DNA from: Selaginella moellendorffii
Taxonomy: Eukaryota > Plantae > Lycopodiophyta
NCBI RefSeq assembly: GCF_000143415.4
Contig: NW_003314267.1
Location: 3,555,138-3,619,137, forward strand
Length of the DNA: 64,000 nucleotides
Direction of reading: 5' to 3'
A model generated the notes under the pieces. That model made no database searches and was not told the origin of the DNA. It worked only from the letters and a program-made list of their open reading frames with translations. This document shows positions 46,752 through 58,819 of this stretch, one piece after another. Within the stretch, counting starts at the first letter, position 1. Each line of letters starts with the position of its first letter. The position numbers were made by a program, and so were the translations under genes.

Positions 46752-49700
46752 CTTCTCAAGAACCCTAAAAAATCTTTTGAATGAAGGAATAGTATCTACA
46801 ACTGTAAAAGTATTTAAAATATTAAGTAGTCAAATCAAATATGACAACTGTAATAGTTGTCATAATAAAATAATATAGTTTTATAAAAGATAGGTTCTCA
46901 TAAACTTTGTCTTTTTTAAACAATTCAATCTTATAGAAACTTTTAACTTAGATATTTACATATTTTAATATTTTAAAGTTTGCTAAAACCTTCATTTGTT
47001 CAATTTAGATCTCCTTTGTAATATTTCTTATTGACTATGTTGACTTGAGTTGACTTGTGTTGAATTGAGCTCAACTCAACTTTGGACCATCCCCACATGG
47101 AGGAGTCCATGCATGATTACAGACTTGTCAAGTGAGAGGACTTGGCAATATGGAGGAACTAGGTTCCTAAACTGTGATCTATAGTGCGCTTTGAGCATAA
47201 GTTGGTGCACCTTCGTGAAGAGTCACGCCAGGCATCCTGGGTGATGCCGTTCGTAGATGCATATATGGAGGTTAGGTTCGAGTCCCAACCCTCTAGTGCT
47301 TGGGTTCGAGTCCCAAATCACTAGGGCATGGTGATGGTTTGGAATATGAGGACACTTATTTTTCGGTGGTCATAGACTCTCAATGCGGAGACTGGCTTGG
47401 GTACGCCGCCAAGTGGGGGATGCCTTGGAGTCGTGATACACGATTAAATTGCTTAGTGTGGCTCAGTATATCTAACTTGAACACTTTGGTGCGAGTGGCA
47501 CTAAGGACGTGGTGAATGAAATGGGGACACCCAGTCTCGGTTGCTATGGCTGGAAGGGCTAGCTTGGGTGCACCACGAAGTGTGGGGGATGCCCCCGGGG
47601 TTGTAGTCAACAAGTTAAAGGTCTAGAAGACCTAGTACCTATTGGCAAATCTATTAATGTGCCAAGGTGAGATCACTAGGTGATCTTGTGGTTAAATAAG
47701 GACAAAGTCCTTGGTTGGGTTAAGGAATAAGGTTCCGTTCAAAGTGCTAATTTGAACTACTGATGATGGTATGGCTTGGTCAAGGTGACCAAGTGGGAAA
47801 AGCACCTTAGGGAAATGAGCTATGTCATTGCGATGGCATAGTGTGTCTAAAGAAAGTAGTCTCTATAAGAGACCCATGGGAGGTCACAAAGTTGGGCCGT
47901 GGATAGAGCCCATACCAGAAGATGCTAAAGAGATGTACTAACACCCTTTAGACTTGGTAAAGTGGAGCCTTTGCCATGGAAACAAAAGAATACCTCAAGG
48001 ATGGAGGTAGTGAGCCTATGTTGCTTGATGTGACAATCAACGGATAGGAGCAAAAGATGAGTGGCCAAGATAAAGCCGTGGAATCCATCGGAAGGAATCC
48101 AAGTGGCAAAGTTATGCGAGAAACACTAATGTGTTGGACGCTAACGAATTGCGGGAAAGGAAATGTGTTTCCAACGATGGATTCTGAAATGCTTCAATTT
48201 GGCAAAGTGAAAGCTCCAAGGGAAGGAGCAGTATGGTAGCCAAATGATAAGGCCATGGACAGCCCTAGCACAAATTATGATAACTAGAACTTAGTGTTAA
48301 AGGTGGCACAAAATAGAAAAGAGGATGATAGTGTCCTCAAGTAGAGAACTTCCTAGGATGGGGAAGTGGAGTTGCACAAAAAGTGCAAATGTAAGGTGTT
48401 AGAAACACCTAGAAAATTGATTTTGAGAAGTCAAAATTAAAAGTTCCAAAATGCAAAAGTTATATAAATGGGAATTGAGACTACTCAAGAATGAGTAGTG
48501 GGATTGAGTTAGAGAAGATGTCTCTAACAGAATTCAACCAATAAAAGGGAGCAAACCACCCTAGGTGGTCGAATGAGTCTTTATGTTGGAGAGACTATAC
48601 TAGTTAGAGACTAACCAGTGGCGAATATGGAGAAGGCATGATGAGCCTTCAATGTCAAACCATACACAAATATTGGCTGGGTGCCAAGGATAGAAATGGT
48701 AACACATGCGGGTGTTACTTTATAAAATGGTTTACTGTTCGATAAGGACATCGAACTTCGTCTATGGGTGGTGGAGTTGTGAGACACAAAACCCCTAGGC
48801 CCCAAAGTGGAGCTGAAAGGGTGCCACATGGTAGTGGCTAAAATGAAAGCCAAATGAGTGTAACACGTTTGGACTAGAAGTTCCAACTTGAAAGGTTGAG
48901 AGCGGGAGTGGAACTCCTAACTAAGGGCTCAAGGAACAAGTACGAAGTGATCAATAAGCGAGTCTCTAGAAAAGGGACACAAGAGGACCAACACATGACA
49001 CATGGAAGTGTCCGAGATGGACCCGAGATGGAGTCCAAGATGGACCCAAGATGGAGTCCAAGATGGACCCGAGATGGAGTCTAAGGTGGAGTCCGAGATG
49101 GACCCGAGATGGAGTCCGAGGTGGATCCGAAATGGAGTCCGAGGTGGACCAAGATGGTGTCCGAGATGGCGCTGCAGGGGGTTCCAAAAGTATAGTAGGG
49201 AGAGTGTGGGGGTTGGAGCCTAGTGGAGCCAATTTGGCCAGGAAAGGCCAGTTTGGCCCAGGAAGGCCATACCCAGCTATTGGGTGATAGGCTGACCATT
49301 AGGAAGTCCAAGATTAGAGTGAATATGGACAGACAAGTGGGGTAGCTTGGTGAAGTGTTCAAAAGCCGGCTTTAGTTTCCCCCAGGAAATCGAATGGTCA
49401 ATGCTCCCAATCCAAGTGTGGGTGGCACTACCTACTTGGATACCTGGCATGGCTCAACGAAACCTTGCTCTAAGCCCATGGCTAGAGCACCCAAGGGCGG
49501 TAGGTAAGGGGAGTACCCAGGTGGCTCGCATAAGGCCATGGTGTTCCGAAATGTTGCCCCAAAGTCCCAAACTATGGAAAGGAAGAGGAACAGACCTCTA
49601 GTGTATTGACTAAGGATATAGTCACATAGTGAGGAAGTCTCAGAGGACACTGGGACTTAGTGGTCAAGCCTGTGGGTCTTGACCCAGTGGCAGTGTTGGT

Positions 49701-50140
49701 GAACACAGCCATGGGTAGGACGGGACTTGGTGGAGACTGAAAAAGGGATATTGGGGGAAGGATGTTCCCCTTGTCGGTGGGCATCCTAAGGATGTTAAAG
49801 AGTGGATCTGGGATGACCACTCACGGATGGTTGGCCCAGTCTTGGAGAGACAAGACTGTGATGCAAGTGGTATTGGACTATCAGTGCAGCAAAGGTGATT
49901 GGGCATGGCCTTAGCGTAACAAGCTACTATGTCGGTGGTACCTTTGAGTGTCGGTTATGGGATCGGACACGTGGAGCACTTGGACCAGGTGCAAAGGTTG
50001 AGTGGCATGGATGCCATTCTCAGGGCGAACAAGTCCCAAGTCCTGAATTGGACTTATGGAGGTTGTGGATGAGACTCCTCCAAAGTGGTCAGAGGTGTGG
50101 TTAAGTGACTAAAGTAGAATGGAAAATTTAGTCACTTACA

Positions 50141-50785
50141 CTTGGATACTTAGTGTGGCTTAATAGAACCTCGCTCTAAGCCCATGGCTAGAGCACCCAA
50201 AGGCGGAAGGTAGAGAGAGTACCCATAAGGCTCGCGTGGGGCCACAATGTTCCAAAATGTTATCCCAAAGTCCCAGACTGTGGAAAGGAAGAGGGGCAAT
50301 CCTCTAGTGTAGTGACCAAGGTTACAATCATATGGTGTGAAAGTCCCAAAGGACAATAGGACTTAATGGTTGGGCATATGGGCTTTAATCTAGTGGTAGT
50401 GTTGATGAACACACCCATGGACAAAAAGGGACTTGGTGGGAACTGAAAAAGGGATATTAAGGAAGGTTATCCCCCATGTTTACGGGCATCTTAAGGATGC
50501 TAAGAAGTGAATATGGGATAACCACTCATAGACAGATAGTTTAGTTTTTGAGAGATAGGACTGTGATGCAAGTGGTGTTAGACCACTAGTGTGGCAAAGG
50601 TAAATAGATATAGCCTTAGTGTAATGGATTGATATGTTAGTGGTACCTTTGGGTGTCGGTCATAGGATAGGACACGTGGAGCACTTAGACCAAATGCAAA
50701 GGTTAAGTGGTAAGGATGCCATTCTCAAGGTTAGCAAGCCCCAAGTCCAAAATAGGACTTATGAAGGTTATAAGTAAGACTCCTT
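50141..50785 (+). mobile_element. Remainder of the copy A 3' LTR
   Basis: Continues the LTR consensus (CTTGGATAC...) from exactly where it was cut at 20958. Confidence 0.8.
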
Positions 50786-51072
50786 ATGCTTTATTTCGTT
50801 AAAGTGGAACTTTTCATTATCCCACTTATGGTGTGTGGCCACATGCCATTTTTATAAGAACAATAAAAAATTGAAGTTTTAGCTTTATAATTTATAAATT
50901 AAAAACTTTTCATATGATTTTGTGTTATAATATTGTGAAATATAAAAAATAAATTTAAAAACTGATAGAAATATTAATAAATATTAATTAAGTACTAGGA
51001 AATGGCATGTGGACACATGCTAATTAATGTCCCACTTTACTGAATAAGTTCCACTTTAACGAAATAAAGCAT
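50786..51072. mobile_element. 287-bp MITE of the Sola-like family, with 27-bp TIRs and 4-bp TSD CCTT
   Basis: TIR ATGCTTTATTTCGTTAAAGTGGAACTT / AAGTTCCACTTTAACGAAATAAAGCAT. CCTT at 50782-50785 and 51073-51076. Two 24-bp palindromes inside. Confidence 0.9.
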
Positions 51073-53133
51073 CCTTCAAGTGACTTTGATATTGTCGATT
51101 TTATTGTTCTTGAAGTTTGGGCCAGTATATGCAAACTAGCTTTGGCACTTCATAAGTATATGAAATCTTTAGTTAGGATAATTACAATCAACTAGTCATA
51201 TAACCCATATATTCTTATTTCCATTAAAAGGGCATGATTATATAAACAACTTTAATTGTTTGTTTATAGTACTCTATCTAAACCTTACTAATAGGTTTAT
51301 TTTGTATGTTCAAGAAGGTTAGGGACTTTAATTTCTCTCTCTATGTCACTTGTAAATAAAAACATATAATCTTTTTATAAGCTAGGTGACACATAGAGTA
51401 GCAAAAGTGGTTAAGACTATTAGTTATTTCTTTGTTGATGATGATCAAAAAGTGTTTGAGTGTTAGCACATTTTATGTAAATAGAGATAATTCCTTAACT
51501 CAATTAAGTTGGTGCATATTTTAATGTCTTTATCGACCATTGACTAATAATCTCTATTGAGCCAAGGAGAACCAACACCTCTATTTCCACTCTTAATTTT
51601 AAAGATAGGAATATATTTTGTTCAAGGGTATATAATACTTTTAAATAACTACTAATCAATAAAAATTAAACTAATTCCATTTTCTTTGATACCACATGTA
51701 ATACATTCTATCTCTTTCTTTTTAATCAACTGAAAATGTGGTAATTACTTTATAAGAGAGCTTTTAGTGGTTATTTTATCCCTATATATCATCCAAAATT
51801 TATGGTGATAATATATTCAGATCTCATTCTATGATCATATATACTATAAGAGTGAAAGAATTAGAGCACAAAACAATTCTCAAGTATATAGCTAAAAAGC
51901 AAAGAAATAAGAGTACAAAATAGTCCTAGAGCATCTATAATGCTTGGTTTGACAACAATATCTGAATCTCCTCAACTTTCAACTTCATGTTTCCTTTATT
52001 TTTTTACTTTTTCTTCATTGTTCTAGTGATTGCATTTCCCAAGTTGCTCACCCTTTTGCAAGTCACCTAGATATGGCAATTTTGTCACTGCATCAGGTGA
52101 GTATTTGCTACAATCCCAATATAAGAGATATAGTACGAATTGATATGTTGATAATAAGGTGGAAGAAAGTTAATTGCATCCTTATTTGAAATGAAAAGTC
52201 TATTATATATCAATGACTGTGTCAATGTCAAATCTCATAATTGCAAATTAGTATTCTCATCTACAACCATTACTTTCATGCAAGATTACCTTTCAATATT
52301 GGAAGTGTAGATGGACTTGATTCTTTGATGTCAGATTACTTTGAGTCTTTCAAAAAATTTGAGTTTTATTATTATTATGCAAAAAGCACTAACTTTTCAT
52401 GGTATTGTAATTTATATATTAATTCATATAAAAAACTCTTTCTGCCTATTTATATCCCCATCCTCTTATATAACAAGATCAAAGCATATATTTATGATGA
52501 ATCTCCATTAGGAATTTTTAGGAGTTGTTTGTATCATGTTGCTTATTTCTTCATTTTTCTTACTCTAGACTATTCTTTTAAAAGGAACATAAACATTTTT
52601 ATTAATGGTGACAATAATTTTTACATCCCCAAATGGGTCATAAGGTAATATAGAGATTGTGGTAGTGAAAAACAAATTATATTCTCACATTCACTTACAC
52701 TATAACTCTTACTAACAGATTTAAACAACTATCATAAATAAAATATTACAAATTAAACTTAATAAATCTATAATTGAAACTCTAGTGTTATTATTTTTTA
52801 AACAAAATTACATAATATATTATTTTCTTATAAGCTGTTTTATTATTTTATTAGTATAGATTTTGTTGAAGTAAAATATGCTAATATAAATATATTTGTA
52901 ATATATTTTATAATATTATAATTGATAGCTAAGAAAATTCAGGTCTAAATAATTTAGAAATAGGAATTCTGGATCACTACTTACATAAAAGAATTTATAA
53001 ATTTCCAAAGTAAACCAAGTGTTGTAATCAATAACTCTATCTTTTTGAACTATATTTTCTATAAAGACACATGTATGCACAATAAAGAACAAATGATACT
53101 ATAAATAGTTTTAAATTTTAGTCTAGTGTATTA

Positions 53134-54007
53134 ATGATTTTTATTTGTAATTTCCTAATATTTTTTGTTAGTAATATTTATTGTAGAGGACATATTGAAT
53201 GGGGAGAAAATAACACATTTTATGAAAGTGAGATGAATCTTATTATAAAAAATGGTTTTAAGGAACTTATAAAAAGAATTCATACATATACTGATTATGC
53301 TCCAAATTATAATGATCTTACCTATGTAGATTTTGACAGAGGAGCTGTTGCAGTGAAAATTCAAAGAATTGATTTAATACCATCAACATGTTTACAAGAA
53401 AGTCACACTGTTCTTGGTTTGGTACTCAAAAAAGGTTTTGGAGATAAATCTTAATAAAAGACTCATGATTGAAACAGGCTCAAAGTCTTGTAAAATTGTG
53501 GGTGATAAGTTTATACTTCAATATAATTTTCTTTTATGGTTTGGTAACAATCATACAATATCTATGAATAATTTTAACACACATATTTATACGATGTCAC
53601 TGCCGCATAAATGTTTTATTGCTAAAAATACTTTAAATGCTGGTTTTGATAATGATATACTTTTTAAGGGACAAATGTTAATTTCTTCAAATGGTAAAAA
53701 TATTTTTTTTATTGAATCAAATTGTAAGGCTTCCCTTTATTCCGGTACAAATCTCTTATGGCAATCTAATAATTCTAAAGATTACTTTGAGTTATGTTAT
53801 TGGAAAACTCAAATTGATGGAAATTCTGTATTATATTCTGAAAAGAAAGAAGTTTTATGGTCAATAGAATATTATTGTGTAAATTGTTTTATTTTCACAT
53901 ATTCTATTATGCAGAACGACTGTAACTTTGTAATATATAACGCAATTACACCTCATAATGTAATATGGGATACAAAAACTAATAATCATAAAAAATGTTT
54001 AAAGTAG
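53134..54007 (+). pseudogene. Signal-peptide-bearing bulb-type (GNA/B-) lectin gene with a probable frameshift at ~53440
   Basis: Overlapping ORFs 53134-53454 and 53414-54007. QxDxNxVxY motifs QIDGNSVLY and QNDCNFVIY, plus LLWQSNN and IWDTKT. Hydrophobic N-terminus. Very AT-rich. Confidence 0.65.
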
Positions 54008-54537
54008 TAACTAAAACTATTAATTCATTTTTGTGAAAACACACAAAAAAAATTCCAAGTATATTCTAGCCTGATTTAGTAATATAGTTAATATATCCAA
54101 ATACTAAATAAATAAAATCAACCAAGCCCTGGAGTCGCTGGTGGGCAAGCTGCGCAGTAGCAGAGGAGCGCGCCTCCAGGCCGTGGCGTGCCAAGCATTG
54201 CGGCAACTGTGATGGATCGAGCAAGCCGCGTGCAGTTTTTAAGAAACCTGTCCAGCTTAGAAAAAATGAGAGTTTTTTCCTTGTTCGAAATAAGTGCGTG
54301 GTACAGTCCGTATGAGTCTCTATTCCACCTGGCGGCTACAGCATAAACACAACAGATGGCGCAGTGATCCTCTGCCTCCAAGCGTTCACCCGCTTAGTTT
54401 GGCAACGAGCCGCCCAACAGTGCCGAGGCGACGCTAAAACGCGTCCCAGGAAAGACCCATGAGAAAACTCCAATCGACTCGATTAAACAAAGTCCAGAGC
54501 ACTCTAAAAACCCAACAAGCACTAAAACAATTTTACT

Positions 54538-55629
54538 TCAAGCCATTCTAACAAAGCAAGTGATTGTCACAGGAAAGGGAAACTCCGCAACTGCGTCCCA
54601 AACCAGCCTCCTGTTTGCCACATCTATCTTCCCTCTCAAAATCTCACAGTGTTTCAAACTTCCACTCGAATAAACCATCCTAGAGATTGCATAAATCGCG
54701 CCACGGATCACCAGCACTTTAAACCTGTCCGTCCTGGGCCACTTCTCGATCGCCACCCAAGCCTCTTGCACTGCTGAGTTATACCAGCGCATGGCCTCCC
54801 CTCCGTAGGAGATGACGTTCGTTCCCACCTCCATTGCAGGCTCAAAGCAATCACCGGAGACCACCTTCGTGGTCCGGAACTCTGGCTTCCCTGTTATCTG
54901 CTCTTGCGATTTCCACGCATTGGAGGCAGCCTCGTAGCGCATAAGTTCCATCGTTTTATCGTGAAAACCATACAAGATCTCGTCTCCAGCCGGCGAGAGC
55001 ACCACCCCGGCGCCCGAGACAAACCATTTTTCAATGGTGTCGCAGGTTCCCGTCTCCATATCATATACTATCACGTCCAGCTTGACGGAAGGATGAATAC
55101 CATAGACAGATCTCCTGTATTCCCAGCTGGAATATATCTTGCCACCAAAGGCGATGGCGTCGAACCAGTTACTCGCCCTCCTAGCCGGCGTCCTGTCCCA
55201 TGTCCACTTTGCACGGCCAATATCCAGCTTAAAGATGACATCTCTCGAGTGTGACCAGGACTTGCCAGGAGCCAAAGTCCACACGAAAACCATCCCGGAC
55301 CACGCCACCATCTGTGCTCGGCCCACTGGGAGCCCTTCTATCGGTGGGAGCTTTCGCCATGACCCCTGTGATCTGTCCAAAATGAGAATTTGGAGTACCT
55401 CGGAGTCGTTTCCCAGGCTCACGAGTGGAGTGTCTTGGAGGAGCGGGAGCTGGAAGTTGCGAGTGGTGTTAAGGAGATGAGCGTCGTATTGAAGAGCGCT
55501 GTCCATTAGAGCTCTCCAGGAGTTGGAGACTGCTCGGCACACCGGACGAGTATACCATGGCAACCTCGGTAGGATGTTCTCAAGAGCAAGCTCATCGCAG
55601 AGACCGGGAATGAGATCGGTATCGCTCAT
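54538..55629 (-). CDS. F-box/kelch-like protein
   Basis: LIPGLCDELALENILPRLPWYTRPVCRAVSNSW F-box motif followed by kelch-like blades. Likely ATG at 55629. Intronless. Confidence 0.85.
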   Translation of the reverse strand: MSDTDLIPGLCDELALENILPRLPWYTRPVCRAVSNSWRALMDSALQYDAHLLNTTRNFQLPLLQDTPLVSLGNDSEVLQILILDRSQGSWRKLPPIEGLPVGRAQMVAWSGMVFVWTLAPGKSWSHSRDVIFKLDIGRAKWTWDRTPARRASNWFDAIAFGGKIYSSWEYRRSVYGIHPSVKLDVIVYDMETGTCDTIEKWFVSGAGVVLSPAGDEILYGFHDKTMELMRYEAASNAWKSQEQITGKPEFRTTKVVSGDCFEPAMEVGTNVISYGGEAMRWYNSAVQEAWVAIEKWPRTDRFKVLVIRGAIYAISRMVYSSGSLKHCEILRGKIDVANRRLVWDAVAEFPFPVTITCFVRMA

Positions 55630-55879
55630 ATCGCTCCTATCCTGAAAGCGAGTGTTAAAAACGGCCAGATCAAGAAAGAGCTCACAACGCACTCACAGAT
55701 CTTCCGCCTTAGACCGCTATACTTTGAGCACTATACTGCATCTGGAAATCACAAGGAACAAGACGTGAGAAAGAATACAAGAAAAAGAGGACAAAATTAC
55801 ATTGGTATAGCGGCGGCCAGCGGTGGAAAAACCGAGACAAAGGATCAATCGCATCGAAGAAACAGGGACATACTCATAC

Positions 55880-57013
55880 TTAAGTCATCCGAGTGAAGCA
55901 AGTGATCGCCACGGGAAAGCCAGCAACTGGTTCCCACACCATCCTCCTGCTTGCCACATCTATCTTTCCTTCGAAAATCTTGCAGCGTTTAATTTTCTTC
56001 GGATCGATCGACGTCGAGCCTGCGTAAAGGACGCCTCGGATCACAAAAACCTTGAAACTCGCTGCTTCTTCGGGCCTGTTCTCCGCAATCGCCATCCAAG
56101 TCTTTTGCACTGCCGAGTTATACCAGTGTATAGCATTGCCATCGAGGTAACCGTAAGTGATGGCATTGATTCCCAGCTTCACTGGAGGATCAAAGCAATC
56201 ACCACTCACTACCGTGAGCGTCGAGTTCCTGTGCTCTGTCTGCCTTGGTATCTCCTCTTGGGGCTTCCACGTACTCGACGCAGCATCGTAGCGCATGAGT
56301 TCCACTGTCTCCTTGTGCCACTGTAGACCATACAAGTTTTCGTCGCCAGCCGGCGAGAGCGCCACCGCAACGTTGGAAAAATTCCACTTTCCAATAGTGT
56401 TGTACGCGTCCACCTTCATATCAAATACTCTGACGTCCAGCTTGACAGGAGCACGGAGGCTATAGGGAGATCCCCTGTTTTCCCAGGTCGAGTATATCTT
56501 GCCACTAAAAGCGATGGCGTCGAACCAGTTACTGGAGTTTTTGGCCGGAATCACGTCCCACGTCCACTTAGCACCACCGACGTCGAGTTTAAAGATGAGA
56601 TCTCTCGAAGGTGACCAGCACTTGCCTGGTGCCAAAGTCCACACGAGAACCATGCCGGACCATGCAACAATCTTTGCTCGTCCCTCGGGTAGATTCTCTA
56701 TCGGCGGGAGCTTCCGCCACACCTGTGACCCCCGTGACCTGTCCGAAATGAGAGCTTCGAGTACCTCGTATTCGTTTCCCAGACAGACCACTGGAGCGTC
56801 TCGGAGCAGCGGGAGCTGGAAGTCGCGAGTGCTGCTGATGAGATGATCGTCGCGTAGAGCGCTGTCCACGAGAGCTTTCCAGGAGCTGGAGACTGCTCGG
56901 CACACCGGGCGAGTGTACCAAGGTAGCCTTGGCAAGATGTTCTCGAGCACCAACTCGTCGAAGAGGTCGGGAATGAAATCCATTTGGTTGTTCGTTTGCA
57001 AGGCAATCTCCAT
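55880..57013 (-). CDS. F-box/kelch-like protein, tandem paralogue
   Basis: FIPDLFDELVLENILPRLPWYTRPVCRAVSSSW. Colinear with the neighbouring gene. Confidence 0.85.
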   Translation of the reverse strand: MEIALQTNNQMDFIPDLFDELVLENILPRLPWYTRPVCRAVSSSWKALVDSALRDDHLISSTRDFQLPLLRDAPVVCLGNEYEVLEALISDRSRGSQVWRKLPPIENLPEGRAKIVAWSGMVLVWTLAPGKCWSPSRDLIFKLDVGGAKWTWDVIPAKNSSNWFDAIAFSGKIYSTWENRGSPYSLRAPVKLDVRVFDMKVDAYNTIGKWNFSNVAVALSPAGDENLYGLQWHKETVELMRYDAASSTWKPQEEIPRQTEHRNSTLTVVSGDCFDPPVKLGINAITYGYLDGNAIHWYNSAVQKTWMAIAENRPEEAASFKVFVIRGVLYAGSTSIDPKKIKRCKIFEGKIDVASRRMVWEPVAGFPVAITCFTRMT

Positions 57014-57322
57014 TTATTGCTCTGCACTGTGCACGATTTGTCAAACTTGTCGTCCAACTTGGCGTTTCCGACAAGTGAAAAGCTTTCCTGAAAGCGCGTG
57101 TTATGAGACGGCAATTAAGATCATCCACCACGCAAGTACTTACGAATCAGCGGCTGTGTTTCCGGCGCCTTTCGGTGTCGATACTCTCGTAGGCCACGTA
57201 TCGGCCTTGAGCTCTCAAAGTGATAGCTATAAAAGTAAATTCAACATTATAGTAAAGCCAATATAAAAGTCAGTGAAGATTTACGCGTATCTCTCTCGAC
57301 GACGACGACGAACCTCAATTTG

Positions 57323-58758
57323 CTATCTGACCGCTACAGGCGGTTCGTCCTCTGGAATCTGGAGCAGCCAAGTTCCTCGTCTTAAAGCCTCAAAACAAAG
57401 TATGAGAGGATTTTTTACCTGGCCAAGCTCCCACTGCTCCACACCCCACGTCGCAGTCTCTTCTGGAGTTCTGCATGTTGTTTTTAAGTAACAAACGTTT
57501 CAAAACCAAAACAAGAAGCTTTTACATTGGTAAAACAGCCGCGGTCGGAGGAGAAACTGATGCGACAAAATTCGTTAGAACCGAATGGATGGTGTATTTG
57601 CTTAAGCTTACCAGAAGGCTGCTGGAATGGACTCTGGACAATCGCTGGAGTTGGCAGAGGACTGAAAGCATTTTGCATTGCATTATTGCTGCCGAAAGAT
57701 GACACCGGATTGAAAGGAGATGGCTGCTGCACGGTGAATGGCGATGGACTTTGAGGATTTTGTGGAAAAACCGACTGAGCAGGGAACGGGGAGGGTGATG
57801 GAAAGCTGAAAGCCGCTGGTTGGATCTGCTGAGGCGGAGAAATAACCGGTCCATTTCCAAATCCTCCCATGCTGTTACCGAGAGATAAGTTGACCAAAAC
57901 GTAGTAGCAAACATTACTTACTTGGTATCTTGCTTAAACATCTGAGATATAGGCGAGTTGTTTGGCACGAGCTTGCCAAAGATTGTACTTGACGCTAGTG
58001 GCGAAGGTTGGACATTGGAGAAGCCTTTGCTCGCTGGTCCTTTGTAAGGATCTCTCTTGAGGGCGTCAAATTCAGCCTCCTTGGCACGAAACATATATGC
58101 TTCCCTGCTCGTCTATGGTGCACGAATCAGTAACCCAGTTAAGAGAAGGAAAAAGCTTCGCTTACAATATCTCGGAGCGGCATTCCTTGTAGAGCAGATT
58201 CGTAAGCCATGGCTCGCAGCTCCTCAAAGCTTGTATCTCCAGAAATATCATTGGGAAGGCTAGAGAAGCAAAGAAAAAAGAGTTTTTTTCTTCCTTGAAC
58301 AAAAGGAAGAACAGGATGAAAGCGAACTTAACTGTTTCCAATGAGCGTAGCACGTCAAGCGCCAATAACTCGGCCTTTCATTCGTGAAATCATCTCGAAT
58401 TCTCTCCTTGCATGCTCTCGGATCATTGCACCTATTGGAAGAAAAGAGAGAAAAATCAAAGCACGATTGAGCAAGAATCGAAGGAAACAGAGAAAAGTAC
58501 CTGTGTTCTGGCGCTTGAACAGGCGCTTGAACAGCCTGATTTTGCCTCCCAAATCCCGCCTGAAAGAGCTCGATCAAAACCAAAACATCTCTTCAATCGG
58601 ATGCTACAAATCTACCTGTTGCTGGTGGAGAAATTTGCAATGCGCACCGAACCGGCAGCTGGAAAGACGAGAAATCAAGCCTGGATCGACCAAATCAAAC
58701 TCTTCACTTACGTCCCGCGCTGGAAATCTCGACAGACGACATCCTGCCTTCGAGCCAT
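57323..58758 (-). CDS. CCCH zinc-finger nucleoporin-like protein (NUP42/CG1-like), multi-exon
   Basis: Exons MARRQDVVCRDFQRG|CRFGAHCKFLH, DFTNERPSYWRLTCYAHWK and DTSFEELRAMAY, an F/P/S/Q-rich middle, and C-terminal WELGQ|IPEDEPPVAVR*. Confidence 0.8.
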
Positions 58759-58819
58759 TCCCAAGAACCCTAAAAGAAGAACCAAAGAATATTCTGGGTT
58801 CAGGGTTTAGGGCTTCGGT

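Larger units (their letters stand above)
28445..47094. mobile_element. Large MULE-like DNA transposon (left end deleted, right end ~47094) with transposase and cargo genes
   Basis: Unique sequence bounded by LARD sequence on both sides. The right end ...GAGCTCAACTCAACTTTGGACCATCCCC has GTTGA(C/A)TTGA subterminal repeats and abuts the copy-B internal region. No paired TIR or TSD is recoverable. Confidence 0.65.
20959..50140 (+). mobile_element. LARD-like copy B (5' LTR from 20959, 3' LTR 48778-50140), inserted in the LTR of copy A and hosting the later insertions
   Basis: TSD CTTGG at 20954-20958 and 50141-50145. Both LTRs share diagnostic variants (AAGGGCTCAAGGAACAAGTACGAAG). The internal remnant is 47095-48777. 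Confidence 0.85.

Noticed and set aside
54118-54381. 87-aa minus-strand ORF
   Set aside because: Short, non-ATG start and no recognisable family.
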